A DNA stretch of 64,000 nucleotides from Candidatus Latescibacterota bacterium (GCA_965222605.1 OZ244960.1:1888001-1952000), one strand, 5' to 3'. Positions 49,638 through 60,093 are shown, counted from the stretch's first letter. Numbers and translations are program-made. Notes: generated by a model not told the origin, from the letters alone.

Positions 49638-50414
49638 TTAATCCAACGCCACGATAGACCGACACAGCGTTTTGCCGTGCTCTGACAGAGAATCGTAAAT
49701 AGCGCGGGGCATCTCTCCATCTCGTCCGGTTCTGCGAAACCAGGGCGGGTAATAGCCCACACTCGTCATAATACGCACATCCCGAGACATATTGGCCGTG
49801 CCCCCGTGCCAGCAGCGCACATCTCGAACAATGGCCGACTTACTCGGCGCGCAAGCCACGGAATGCTTCATCCAATCGGGTTCCTCTTCCAGACTGGGAA
49901 TAGGATGGCGCGAGCGGTGGGTGCCGCGGATAAATCGCGTAGCCCCATTCTCCACACTAAAATCAATCATGGGAAAATTGACCACAATAAACGGCACTGG
50001 AAGATCCAAAATCGTCACCCGCTGCTCGGGATCATTGATCATATCGGACATATCGCGATGAAGTTTCTGAATTTCTGCACCCGGCAGCGAATAATCGCCG
50101 CCAGCACCACTGCACACAAACTGATTACTATTGAAAATAGCTTCAATAATAGGTAGAATAGTAGGCAGATCAACCAGCATCGCCCATTCGGGGTGATGGA
50201 TCTGCGAACCAAACGAATAACGCGCAAAACCCCTGTTCGCCTTCTCCAGCGGAATCGCGCTCGTCTGTTCTGCAACAACGCGATGCGCGCCCTCCACGAG
50301 AAAGGCGAACTGTTCATCAGTCAGCGCATCCGTCACAACGGCAACGCCATCGCGGTGAAAAACAGAGGCTGCGCGGTCAACTTCTGACGGTTCAATAAGT
50401 TCAAGGTCGAGCAT
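49638..50414 (-). CDS. PhyH-family dioxygenase
   Basis: FHRDG, Q.LHRD, ENGATRFIRGTH, WHGG.AN...R. Confidence 0.88.
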   Translation of the reverse strand: MLDLELIEPSEVDRAASVFHRDGVAVVTDALTDEQFAFLVEGAHRVVAEQTSAIPLEKANRGFARYSFGSQIHHPEWAMLVDLPTILPIIEAIFNSNQFVCSGAGGDYSLPGAEIQKLHRDMSDMINDPEQRVTILDLPVPFIVVNFPMIDFSVENGATRFIRGTHRSRHPIPSLEEEPDWMKHSVACAPSKSAIVRDVRCWHGGTANMSRDVRIMTSVGYYPPWFRRTGRDGEMPRAIYDSLSEHGKTLCRSIVALD

Positions 50415-50436
50415 AAAATCTCCAAAGGAGGTTGTT

Positions 50437-51297
50437 GTGATAGAAGAAACTGATATCTTACAAGACACGTACGAGCCTGGCGAATACGACCCCGCGCTTT
50501 ACAACCACGTCCGCATCGCCGAATGTGTTGACGGCTTTGAAAACGTGAGCGATGAACACATCGCACAATTTCACGCACAGGGCTTTTTGCCAATTCAAGG
50601 CGCGTATTCCAGCGCACAGATCAACGACGGCATGGCCGCAGTAAAAGAATTAATCGCAGGGCAAAATCGCGAGTTCCGAGGCGTACAATTCGAGCGCGGG
50701 CGCGCCCAACAGGTCAAACAATCAGCGGGTCATGCCCGCGAACTACTCGTGCGAAAACTCACCCGATTTGTCGGATTTGATCCGCGTCTGGACGCATTTG
50801 GCGAAGACCCTCATCTCCTGAATATCTTGACGCGCATCATGGGTGAACCCCCCAAATTATTCGCCAACCAGGCCATGTTAAAACCGCCCGGCATTGGACG
50901 CGAAAAACCCTGGCACCAGGATCACGCCTACTTTGATCTGCCCATGCACACCTGCATCGTCAGCGCGTGGGTCGCCCTCGACCCCGCGGATCCCGAAAAT
51001 GGGTGTATGCACGTCATCCCCCAAAGCCATCGAGCGGGTCCCGTCATACATTTCAAAAGACGCGACTGGCAAATATGCGACACCGACGTCGCCCGCAACC
51101 GCATCACCGCCGTAGCCCTGCAACCCGGCGGCGTATTGCTCTGGCACGGACGATTGCACCACGGCTCTCCAGCGAACCGAACAGACCGCCGCCGTCGCGC
51201 CCTGCAACTGCATTACATACCCGCATCCATAGAGAAAACTTCCTCGGAAGAACGCCTCGCCGTCTATGGCAGCGAAGGCAAAAATGTGACGTGTTAG
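50437..51297 (+). CDS. PhyH-family dioxygenase
   Basis: KPP, PWHQD, WVALD..ENGCM.VIP.SH, HHGS..N...RR; GTG start after GGAGG. Confidence 0.9.
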   Translation: MIEETDILQDTYEPGEYDPALYNHVRIAECVDGFENVSDEHIAQFHAQGFLPIQGAYSSAQINDGMAAVKELIAGQNREFRGVQFERGRAQQVKQSAGHARELLVRKLTRFVGFDPRLDAFGEDPHLLNILTRIMGEPPKLFANQAMLKPPGIGREKPWHQDHAYFDLPMHTCIVSAWVALDPADPENGCMHVIPQSHRAGPVIHFKRRDWQICDTDVARNRITAVALQPGGVLLWHGRLHHGSPANRTDRRRRALQLHYIPASIEKTSSEERLAVYGSEGKNVTC

Positions 51298-51305
51298 ACG
51301 TGTTA

Positions 51306-52385
51306 TCAGACCTTTTTCGCGTCTTCCCTGGGACATATTGCCTCGCCCCCGGCAATAGCGACGCGCATCGCAATAAGACCGTCTTCGTGCGTGACACTAA
51401 ATGGCGCATCGTCGATACACTGCGCAATAAAATACTCGAGTTCATTTTTATACGACTCGCCAAATCGGGTGATAAACACGGGCACATCGGGACCGTAATC
51501 CCGCAAAGGGATAGATTCTTTGTAAATCACGCCATCGCGACTGTAAGCCTCAACCTCAACCTTGCGCGGATCTTCCTGAAAATGACCTACGTGAATCACC
51601 CCGTCATCGCCATAAATCCAGGTCGTGTTGCGATACCCTGCAACGTGATTGCGGCTGACAATGACCTGACCGATTAAGCGATCGGGAAACCACATCTGCA
51701 AAAAAGCGTCGTCGTAATCCTCTTTGACAGAACTGATGGTACTATTGTAAAGATTGGATCCAAATGCGGCGACATATTCGGGCAGAGAACCGCCGAGCAA
51801 CCACAGAATCTCATCGCAATTGTGAACAGCCATATCGCTGAGTAACCCCGCGCTATTATAACCATCGGGCGGTGGAATTGGGTCTTCCAGCACCGAGACA
51901 ATTTTGAACACATTGCCGATGGCCTTTTGCTCGAGCAATGCCTTGGCCTTCAACAACGGAGCGTCAAACCGGCGCATAAAAGCCAGCATCAGCGCGTTTT
52001 TGCGCATAGGATCCCGGTTCAAATCGGCAACAAAAGCCTCGGCAGACGCGAGCGAATGAGTCAGCGGCTTCTCCAAAAGCACGCGACAACCCGCATCAAT
52101 AAGCACTCGCGCATCGCGTTCATGATCTTCTGTGCGCGACGCAATAAGCGCAGCATCGATCAAATTCGACGCCGCGAGATCAGATACATCATTAAATGCT
52201 TGAATCGCAGTCGCCTGCTCTGCCTGAAGCTCTGCTGCAACGCGACTGGCCGTATCGCCATGAGTATCGGACACAGCGACGAGTTCACACACACCCGTTT
52301 CCCGGGCGAGTTCCTGAACATGCCGGGCGTGAAAGACGCCAATGCGTCCAACACCGACCACGGCCATGCGGATGGGTTTATTCAT
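51306..52385 (-). CDS. Gfo/Idh/MocA oxidoreductase (inositol 2-dehydrogenase-like)
   Basis: GVGRIG, LEKPL, F.RRFD, DMAVH, RF..SY..E. Confidence 0.87.
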   Translation of the reverse strand: MNKPIRMAVVGVGRIGVFHARHVQELARETGVCELVAVSDTHGDTASRVAAELQAEQATAIQAFNDVSDLAASNLIDAALIASRTEDHERDARVLIDAGCRVLLEKPLTHSLASAEAFVADLNRDPMRKNALMLAFMRRFDAPLLKAKALLEQKAIGNVFKIVSVLEDPIPPPDGYNSAGLLSDMAVHNCDEILWLLGGSLPEYVAAFGSNLYNSTISSVKEDYDDAFLQMWFPDRLIGQVIVSRNHVAGYRNTTWIYGDDGVIHVGHFQEDPRKVEVEAYSRDGVIYKESIPLRDYGPDVPVFITRFGESYKNELEYFIAQCIDDAPFSVTHEDGLIAMRVAIAGGEAICPREDAKKV

Positions 52386-52407
52386 AAAAAATTCCTCTAC
52401 GACAAAT

Positions 52408-52732
52408 TTATGCGGAAATTTGAACGACCTCTCCCGTTTCAACACTATGGCTAATCGCCTCCAAAACGCGCATATTCTGATAGGCATCTTCAAGACTCGA
52501 GTGAGGCTGTATGCCAGCTTGCAGCAACTGCGTGGAGATCTTCATTTTTGAACATCTCATTATAATCGGTATAGTGGCGGAGGGCACCAAATCTGCGCGC
52601 ATTTGATCTCGCCTTCTCTTCGACGAGGTCGCAGGTAGCGACAAATTCAAACTCCGGCACCAGCGGTATGCACCGTTGCAATTGCGACGACATATTACCA
52701 CAGCCAATAAATGCCACTCGGATTTTGTCCAT
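52408..52732 (-). pseudogene. Internally deleted Gfo/Idh/MocA gene remnant
   Basis: N-terminus MDKIRVAFIGCGN...YTDYNEMF...DLHAV joined out of frame to C-terminus SLEDAYQNMRVLEAI..SVETGEVV. Confidence 0.75.
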
Positions 52733-52829
52733 GATATATTCTCCGTGAAGTCTATCGTTAAAAATATTCTGTTGCGTGTGAATGAATAGCGATGCATAAC
52801 CTCTGTCAACCCTATTTTGGAGGTAAAAA

Positions 52830-53849
52830 ATGAAAGCAGCTGCAATATTTGATGAACGCAAAGGCGGCGTAATAGACGTGCCAGATCCAAAGCCAAAAGA
52901 CAACTGGGTACTGGTAAAAATTCACACCGCACCGATGTGTACAGAATACAAAGGATTTGTAGGCGGCAGAAAAACCACCTCTCTGGGACACGAAGCCTCC
53001 GGTGAAGTCGTTGAAATCGCCCAACCCGGGCGCGTATCAGTCGGCGACCGCGTGGCCGTAATGCCCCAATATCCGTGTGGCATCTGCCCATTATGTGTCA
53101 GCGGCGATTATATCCACTGTCAGCAAAGCGCCAACTTTGCTCAATTTACGGGCGGAGACCAGGGCCGTGCCACGATGGCGCAGTATCTTTTGAAACCCGA
53201 CTGGCTGCTGCCGAAAATTCCAGACGACGTATCTTACGAACACGGGGGAATGGCCTGCTGTGGCCTGGGTCCAACATTCGGTGCCATACAGCGCATGCAA
53301 GTAAACGCCTATGACACATTCATGGTCACTGGCCTCGGCCCCGTAGGACTTGGGGGCGTCATCAACGGCAAACACCTGAGCGCGCGTGTCATCGCCGTGG
53401 ATATCAACCCCTGGCGACGCGAAAAAGCCCTCGAATTGGGCGCAGACGAAGTAATCGACCCGCTCGAAGAAAACGCCCTGCAACAAATAATGGACCTCAC
53501 CAACGGCGTTGGCGTGGATGCTGCCGTAGATTGCTCGGGCGCCGTATCCGCACACCGCCTGTGCATCGATGCTTCAAGACGACGCGGACAAGTCGCATTT
53601 GTGGGCGAATGCGGAGAAGACACCCCCTTGCGAATCAGCCAGGACATGATCCGAAAAGGCATCACACTCGTCGGGTCATGGCATTACAACTTAAAAGACG
53701 TGCCAAAACTCATGCAAGTCGTCCGCACAAACACAGACAAATTGAATCGGTTAATCTCACATACATTCTCACTGGACGAAGTGCAAAAAGCCTGGGAATT
53801 GCAAACCACAGGCGCGTGTGCAAAAGTCGTATTGAAACCGTGGGGATGA
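52830..53849 (+). CDS. Zinc-binding alcohol/sugar dehydrogenase (MDR family)
   Basis: GHE.SG, CGICPLC...C, GLGPVG. Confidence 0.92.
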   Translation: MKAAAIFDERKGGVIDVPDPKPKDNWVLVKIHTAPMCTEYKGFVGGRKTTSLGHEASGEVVEIAQPGRVSVGDRVAVMPQYPCGICPLCVSGDYIHCQQSANFAQFTGGDQGRATMAQYLLKPDWLLPKIPDDVSYEHGGMACCGLGPTFGAIQRMQVNAYDTFMVTGLGPVGLGGVINGKHLSARVIAVDINPWRREKALELGADEVIDPLEENALQQIMDLTNGVGVDAAVDCSGAVSAHRLCIDASRRRGQVAFVGECGEDTPLRISQDMIRKGITLVGSWHYNLKDVPKLMQVVRTNTDKLNRLISHTFSLDEVQKAWELQTTGACAKVVLKPWG

Positions 53850-53905
53850 CGTGAGAGTATCTCACACAAAGACACAAAGACACCAAGAAAGGCTAAAGGT
53901 GAGAA

Positions 53906-54928
53906 ATGCTTAAATGTGCAATAATCGGCGTAAGTGGCGGGCGAGCGCGGGGATTGGCGGAAGCGTATCAACACGTAACGCACGGCAAACTCGCCGCAAT
54001 CTCCACGCGAACAGAAGAAAATCTGCACGCATTTGGCGATACATTTGACGTCGATATGCGATATTTGGACTATCGGGAAATGTTTAAAAAAGAACAGCCA
54101 GACCTGGTACACGTAAATACCCCGCCCAGCGTACGACTGGAGATATTCGAAGCCGCGGAAAACGCCGGTGTACCCGCTGTACTCGTGGAAAAACCCATAG
54201 CAATTCAGGGAGAAGACTGGCGCGCGATCAAAGACTTTGCGGCAACTGCGAAAACCAAAATTGCGGTAAATCACCAACTCCACTTTCACCCGCGCAGGCA
54301 GCATTTACAAAATATCGTACAGGAGGGAAAAATCGGCGACATCCGATTTATCGAAGCGAGCTGCGGCATGAACCTGGCGTATCAAGGCACCCATGCATTG
54401 CAATCCATAGCCGCCTTTCACCCAAACGGTCTCCCCGTAAAAGTGATGGGACAAGCCTCTGGCACAGACGGCCTGGAAGACACGCCCAAAAAGCATTTCG
54501 CGCCCGACCAGTGCATCGGAGCGATAGAATATGCCGACGGCTTGCGCGCCCAACTCATCTCGGGACCATTTGCCCCGCGCGTAACAAATGAAGACCGCAC
54601 CAATGTTCACAAGCGGATCGCCGCCTATGGCACGCGGGGATTTGTACACTGGACCATGTGGTCGTGGGAGGTAGGTATCGATGGCCGCATCGAGCGGGGC
54701 ACGCACGAATACCCGGACGAAGACATACTCGGACAAGCGGCCATGACAGATGCCATGTTACAATGGATTGAAGACGACGCAAAGGTCCATCCTCTGAACC
54801 TCGACCTCGCCTTGCGAGACTTCAATATCATCCTGGGAATCTACACAAGCGCATTGGAACATCGGCCCGTAGAACTACCCTGCGAACCAGCAGATGATCT
54901 GATCCATGCCTTGCGAACGCGCCTTTAG
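53906..54928 (+). CDS. Gfo/Idh/MocA family oxidoreductase
   Basis: LVEKPIA, QGTH. Confidence 0.85.
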   Translation: MLKCAIIGVSGGRARGLAEAYQHVTHGKLAAISTRTEENLHAFGDTFDVDMRYLDYREMFKKEQPDLVHVNTPPSVRLEIFEAAENAGVPAVLVEKPIAIQGEDWRAIKDFAATAKTKIAVNHQLHFHPRRQHLQNIVQEGKIGDIRFIEASCGMNLAYQGTHALQSIAAFHPNGLPVKVMGQASGTDGLEDTPKKHFAPDQCIGAIEYADGLRAQLISGPFAPRVTNEDRTNVHKRIAAYGTRGFVHWTMWSWEVGIDGRIERGTHEYPDEDILGQAAMTDAMLQWIEDDAKVHPLNLDLALRDFNIILGIYTSALEHRPVELPCEPADDLIHALRTRL

Positions 54929-54933
54929 ACCTC

Positions 54934-55941
54934 TCAATCCCAGGTATAATCCGTCGCACCTTCTTCACACGCAAAAGCCGACTCGATCATCGTATTCAAA
55001 TCGCCTTGCGGACAATAATCAATCAGGCTCTTGGCTTTGCCAATGGCATGGTCGTACATGTATCGGAGGGGAACCACAACCTCGAGCGGATCAACCCCTC
55101 TTTTTTCTCCAATCAACCGCGCCCCTTCGGGAAATGGAAATGGCTCTGGCGCACCCGCATTAAACGACTCGCCCAGCGCCGCGCCAGAATTCAGCGCGCA
55201 AACCAGACAATGGGCAATATCGCGGGCATCCTGCGGCTGATAAAGCCATGGACGTCCGTCTTCATCGGTAATACTACACGGTTGCTGCGGAGAAACCGCT
55301 TTGGCTTCAATATCGTGCCAGAGTTCCGTACCGTCGGACATATAGAGTTCAGTGCCGGGCTTGCTCTGGCTTTTCTTCAGCGTATTGACCACGCGCGCAA
55401 CACTGAACTGATTCAAAATTTTGGTCCCGGACAAAACGTGACTCGGGCGCACAATCGAATAGCGCAAACCCGTCTCTCGAGCCGCGCGTTCTGCCATCAC
55501 CTCGCCGAAATACTTGGACATAGAATACTCGCCATCCGGCCGTTTGGGATGCAATTCATCAACCGGATGATAAGCACACGGAACATTTTCGCCATTATTG
55601 GGAAACACACCCGAAGAACTGGTATAAACATAGCGCTCGAGACGGTCAGCAACGCTCTCACACGCGCGTGTAACCTGAAGATTGATCTGATTGTTCAGTT
55701 CAAAATGCGGACCAACCAGATTGGCGGTGTGAATAACCGCGTCCATGCCTTGAACGGCATCTTTAATATAGGCGAGATCGGTCAAATCCCCTTCGCGCAA
55801 CTCAATATCGACACCATCGAGACGGCTGCGCGCGGGATCGTCGGGAAGAATGGTCCCCCGAACTTCACAATTTTGATCGAGCAACTGGCGCACCAGCCGG
55901 CAACCGACCTGTCCGGCAGCACCTGTAACGAGAACTTTCAT
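54934..55941 (-). CDS. NAD-dependent epimerase/dehydratase
   Basis: VTGAAGQVG, TSS, YSMSK. Confidence 0.88.
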   Translation of the reverse strand: MKVLVTGAAGQVGCRLVRQLLDQNCEVRGTILPDDPARSRLDGVDIELREGDLTDLAYIKDAVQGMDAVIHTANLVGPHFELNNQINLQVTRACESVADRLERYVYTSSSGVFPNNGENVPCAYHPVDELHPKRPDGEYSMSKYFGEVMAERAARETGLRYSIVRPSHVLSGTKILNQFSVARVVNTLKKSQSKPGTELYMSDGTELWHDIEAKAVSPQQPCSITDEDGRPWLYQPQDARDIAHCLVCALNSGAALGESFNAGAPEPFPFPEGARLIGEKRGVDPLEVVVPLRYMYDHAIGKAKSLIDYCPQGDLNTMIESAFACEEGATDYTWD

Positions 55942-56049
55942 AAAAACTCCTTTGTAATTTTGATTTTTTGATGCCGTTTCAATCCAACACTGCCTGGAAG
56001 GGCAGAATAACGCCAACAGGCCAATCCGTCAAGTTAATCCGTCCCCTAC

Positions 56050-56124
56050 GGGCGGGCACGGGGGCACCGCCCCTACGATGATATTGTTAATCCGGTTTGT
56101 AGGGGCGACCCCTTGTGGTCGCCC
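56050..56124. repeat. Inverted pair of GTAG-type REP-like palindromes
   Basis: GGGCGGGCACGGGGGCACCGCCCCTAC then GTAGGGGCGACCCCTTGTGGTCGCCC. Confidence 0.65.
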
Positions 56125-56215
56125 GCTAACTGCTGACCGCTGATCGCTACTTGCTAATAAACGAATTTAGAAGTAAATTATCCCTTGAACTAACCAAAAT
56201 AGGAAAGGACCGTCT

Positions 56216-57688
56216 ATGCGTATCTTGTACCTCGATCTCGACGCCTTAAATCCCACACACCTGGGCTGTTACGGATATCACCGCAACACATCGCCGACAA
56301 TTGACAAAATTGCAACCGAAGGCATTCGATTTAACCAGGTTTACACAACAGACGCCCCCTGCTTGCCATCGCGCACCGCATTTTATTCCGGGCAATTTGG
56401 CATTCATTCGGGCGTAGTAGGGCACGGCGGCACCGCGTCAGAACGGCGTAATAATGGACCAAACCGCGGTTTTCGAGATCGACTCGCCAATGAGGGACTG
56501 GCCGGATTCTTACAGCGTCAGGGCTTTAAAACATCCATGATCAGCCCCTTTGGACAGCGGCATGCCGCGTGGCATTTTTACGCGGGCTTCAACGAAATAC
56601 ACAACACCGGCAAAGGCGGCATGGAATCAGCCGAAGAAGTAACACCCGTAGTCGAAAAGTGGCTGAATGACAATGCCGCGGGCGACAACTGGTTTTTGCA
56701 CATCAACTACTGGGATGTACACACCCCCTACCGCGCACCTGCGCATTATGGCGAACCCTTTGCCGATGATCCCCTGCCGGACTGGTTGACCCCCGAATTG
56801 CTGGAAGAACACAAAAAGCTCGTCGGACCCCACACCGCGCAAGACATCATGATGTGGAATGACCGCCCCAATCCGCGCTTTTCCCGGCATCCCGGGCGCC
56901 TGGACAACATGGACGATTTGCGGCGGATGATCGATGGCTACGATACCGCGATCCGGTACGTAGATGATCAAATTGCCATCATTGTGGAAATATTGGAAAA
57001 CAAAGGCGTCCTGGACGACACGGCGATAATCATCAGCGCAGATCACGGCGAAAACATGGGCGAACTGGGCATATACGGCGAACACGGCACAGCCGATCAG
57101 GCGACCTGCCATATTCCGATGATTGTAAAGTGGCCGGGCGGGCAGTCTGGAATCACAGACGAGGGCCTGCATTACAATATTGATTTGTCACCCACATTAG
57201 CCGATCTTGTAGGCGGACAGAAACAAGCGTTGTGGGATGGCGAAAGTTATGCCACTGTCATTACCAAAGGCGCAGACGCCGGGCGCAGCGAATTGATCTT
57301 GAGCCAGTGCGCGCATGTGTGTCAGCGGGCTGTTCGCTTTGACGACTGGATCTATATCCGCACCTATCACGATGGATATCGGCTTTATCCACGCGAACTG
57401 TTATTTAACCTATCAGACGACCCCTGGGAAATGCGCGACGTATCGGCTGAAAATCCCGATATATGCCGCGAGGCTGCGTATCGGCTGATGAACTGGCACG
57501 ACCACATGATGGAAACCATGCCGCGGCCTTACGACAACGATCCCCTCTGGACAGTCATGCAAGAAGGCGGCCCAATGCACACCTGGGGTGCTTTCGAAGA
57601 CTATTGCGATCGCCTTGCAGAAACCGGCCGTGCAGAAGGCGCGGTCTTACTACGCGAAAAATTTGGAGATAAATACCGCCATCTATAA
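56216..57688 (+). CDS. Sulfatase (FGly-dependent)
   Basis: HLGCYGY...SP.ID, CLPSR (CxPxR), YD..I.YVD, SADHGE. Confidence 0.92.
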   Translation: MRILYLDLDALNPTHLGCYGYHRNTSPTIDKIATEGIRFNQVYTTDAPCLPSRTAFYSGQFGIHSGVVGHGGTASERRNNGPNRGFRDRLANEGLAGFLQRQGFKTSMISPFGQRHAAWHFYAGFNEIHNTGKGGMESAEEVTPVVEKWLNDNAAGDNWFLHINYWDVHTPYRAPAHYGEPFADDPLPDWLTPELLEEHKKLVGPHTAQDIMMWNDRPNPRFSRHPGRLDNMDDLRRMIDGYDTAIRYVDDQIAIIVEILENKGVLDDTAIIISADHGENMGELGIYGEHGTADQATCHIPMIVKWPGGQSGITDEGLHYNIDLSPTLADLVGGQKQALWDGESYATVITKGADAGRSELILSQCAHVCQRAVRFDDWIYIRTYHDGYRLYPRELLFNLSDDPWEMRDVSAENPDICREAAYRLMNWHDHMMETMPRPYDNDPLWTVMQEGGPMHTWGAFEDYCDRLAETGRAEGAVLLREKFGDKYRHL

Positions 57689-57821
57689 AAGCAACCACAG
57701 AAAAAACGCGAGTAATTTGAGCGTTTTACACAGATGGACACAGATGGTATCTTGCAAATCCTGTAGAATGATGTACAACTGAACTTTTGTTGAAGTTAAT
57801 CCCAATCCAGGGGGCGGGGTG

Positions 57822-57860
57822 GTATCCTGTGGCATCCTGTTAATCCTGTTAATCCTGATC
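57822..57860 (+). repeat. Short tandem repeat (ATCCTGT unit)
   Basis: TATCCTGTGGCATCCTGTTAATCCTGTTAATCCTGATC. Confidence 0.6.
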
Positions 57861-57875
57861 CAAAAGGAGTAAAAC

Positions 57876-58742
57876 ATGCTCACGCAAGAACAAATTGCGT
57901 TTTATCGCGAGCACGGGTATCTCGGTGTAGAGAACGTGCTAAGCGACGACGAGGTCAATGACCTGCGGCGGATTACCGATGAATTTGTAGAAAAATCGCG
58001 GGAAGTCACAGAACACACCGCAGTATTCGATCTCGAACCCGGGCACACGCCCGAAAACCCAAAATTGAGACGCTTAAAAAGTCCGATCTTGCTACATGAA
58101 GTATATCGCAAGACCCTGCATCACGAGAAAATTTTGGGAATCGTATCGCAATTGATCGGATACGGCCTGCGGTGCAATGGCAACAAACTGAACATGAAGC
58201 AACCCGGATACGGCAGCCCGGTCGAATGGCATCAAGATTGGGCATTTTATCCACATAGCAACGACGATTTGCTCGCCGTGGGCGTGGTGCTCGACGACAT
58301 GACAAAAGAAAATGGCCCCTTGCTCGTCATTCCCGGCTCGCACAAAGGGCCTGTGTACGACCATCACCTCGACGGCCATTTTTGCGGTGCCGTAACCGAT
58401 TCGACCTTTAGCGACAAAGGCGCCGTACCCGTAATGGTAAAAGCAGGAGGCATCACAATCCATCACGTACGCATGCTACACGGGTCAATATCCAATACAT
58501 CTGACAAACCCCGTCGGTTGCTCCTATTTCAATATTGCGCGATCGATGCGTATCCCCTATCGGGTATGAACAACTGGGAAGCGTTTAATGAGACAATCGT
58601 GCGCGGTGAGCCGACCAATATCCCGCGCGTAGAAGCCGTACCCGTGCGAATGCCCTGGCCGGGCGCACTCCGAACCGGATCCATTTACGAATCGCAAACC
58701 GTATTAAAAGAAACGAAATTTACCCAAACACAATACAAATAA
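57876..58742 (+). CDS. PhyH-family dioxygenase
   Basis: LT.EQI.FY...GYL, WHQD, ENGPL.VIPGSH, LHGS..N. Confidence 0.9.
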   Translation: MLTQEQIAFYREHGYLGVENVLSDDEVNDLRRITDEFVEKSREVTEHTAVFDLEPGHTPENPKLRRLKSPILLHEVYRKTLHHEKILGIVSQLIGYGLRCNGNKLNMKQPGYGSPVEWHQDWAFYPHSNDDLLAVGVVLDDMTKENGPLLVIPGSHKGPVYDHHLDGHFCGAVTDSTFSDKGAVPVMVKAGGITIHHVRMLHGSISNTSDKPRRLLLFQYCAIDAYPLSGMNNWEAFNETIVRGEPTNIPRVEAVPVRMPWPGALRTGSIYESQTVLKETKFTQTQYK

Positions 58743-58750
58743 CGAACGTC

Positions 58751-59071
58751 TCAATCCCGATAAGTAACAGCCGTGCCACTGGCACTAACCATAAGCATAT
58801 TGCCATCGCCAACAGTCTCGTAATCGAGATCCACGCCTACCACGGCATTGGAACCCAGATCGCGTGCCTCTTCGGTCATTTCCGCAATGGCAATATCTTT
58901 GGCTCTGCGGAGTTCTGCCTCATACGCGCCCGAACGCCCGCCAACAATATCGCGGATACTCGCAAAGAGATCCTTAAAAAAATTGGCACCCAAAATGGCT
59001 TCGCCAGTCACAATGCCCTGATAGCTATCAATTGTTTTTCCTTCAATATTGGGGGTTGTTACTACGAGCAT
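58751..59071 (-). CDS. YbjQ family (UPF0145) putative heavy-metal-binding protein
   Basis: [33 protein letters not shown]. Confidence 0.92.
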   Translation of the reverse strand: MLVVTTPNIEGKTIDSYQGIVTGEAILGANFFKDLFASIRDIVGGRSGAYEAELRRAKDIAIAEMTEEARDLGSNAVVGVDLDYETVGDGNMLMVSASGTAVTYRD

Positions 59072-59228
59072 AAAAGCCTCCTTTTATATTGTTTTTGATG
59101 GTCTCATCCGCAAAATATCGCATTGTATATCATCAGGCAAGGGCATAGGTAAAAATCGACATCTCAACCAACCACGCGAAAGCGCGTCCATCGCGTGAGG
59201 ACAGCATTAAAAACACAGGAGCTTTGAC

Positions 59229-60047
59229 ATGAACCAATTGAGCAAATCCATGCGGCAACAGTGGCAGGAACAGGGGTATTTACACCTCAAAAATGTAATC
59301 CCCAAAGATGAAGCAGAGGGATATCTCGACGCCGCCAATAAAGTAATCGCGAAGTACGAAGCCAAATATCCCGAGGTGCGCGAAAAAGGCGTCTATACCA
59401 TCATCCAAACGCTCTTCCGAACGAGCGGAATCGATGGGTTGATGGACCACCCCAACTTATTTGGCATTATCCTCGACCTGATGGGACCTTATCTCCAGAT
59501 CATGGGCTCGCAAATTTACGTGCGCTATCCAAATGACAAAGCCGATAATTTGATCGGCTGGCACACCGATGCCGGACGCTCATTGGCACAAACTCGGGTC
59601 ACGCCAGATAGTCTGCCATTGAACTTCAAAATTCAGTTCTTCCTCACAGATATACCACAAGAGAATTGTGCAAACTTCTGTCTGGTGCCCGGCAGCCATC
59701 GCCGCCCAATGCCCAAAGGGGCGCGCAATGAAACGCCACCAAGCGGGATACAACTGATTGCCGAAGCGGGAGACTGTGCGATCTTTCCAAATACCATGTG
59801 GCACGCGGTCGCGCCAAATCATACAGACGTCGTACGGCGCAGCATCACCTTCCGATATGGACAAATGTGGTGCCGACCTTATGATTACGAAAAGTGTCCC
59901 GAAGAAGTGCTATCCCGCATGACACCGCGCCGCCGCCGATTAATGGGCGATATGGGCGAGAACTACACGGCGACAGATTATTTCAAGCCGTCCGATCAGA
60001 TAAAAGTCATCATGGATGGCCTGGACTTTAAGTGTCCCAATGCTTAA
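59229..60047 (+). CDS. PhyH-family dioxygenase
   Basis: QGYL, WHTD, VPGSH, WH...N...RR. Confidence 0.88.
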   Translation: MNQLSKSMRQQWQEQGYLHLKNVIPKDEAEGYLDAANKVIAKYEAKYPEVREKGVYTIIQTLFRTSGIDGLMDHPNLFGIILDLMGPYLQIMGSQIYVRYPNDKADNLIGWHTDAGRSLAQTRVTPDSLPLNFKIQFFLTDIPQENCANFCLVPGSHRRPMPKGARNETPPSGIQLIAEAGDCAIFPNTMWHAVAPNHTDVVRRSITFRYGQMWCRPYDYEKCPEEVLSRMTPRRRRLMGDMGENYTATDYFKPSDQIKVIMDGLDFKCPNA

Positions 60048-60060
60048 CAGCCAGTAAATC

Positions 60061-60093
60061 AAAAGCCTCGGATTGTTCCGAGGCTTTTTTTTT
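60061..60093 (+). terminator. Intrinsic terminator
   Basis: AAAAGCCTCGGA-TTGT-TCCGAGGC followed by a T run. Confidence 0.85.

Noticed and set aside
55006-55971. 321-aa plus-strand ORF, and similar long antisense ORFs (1610..2647, 8301..9095, 23267..24028)
   Set aside because: Antisense or off-frame shadows of well-supported genes, with no family motifs.
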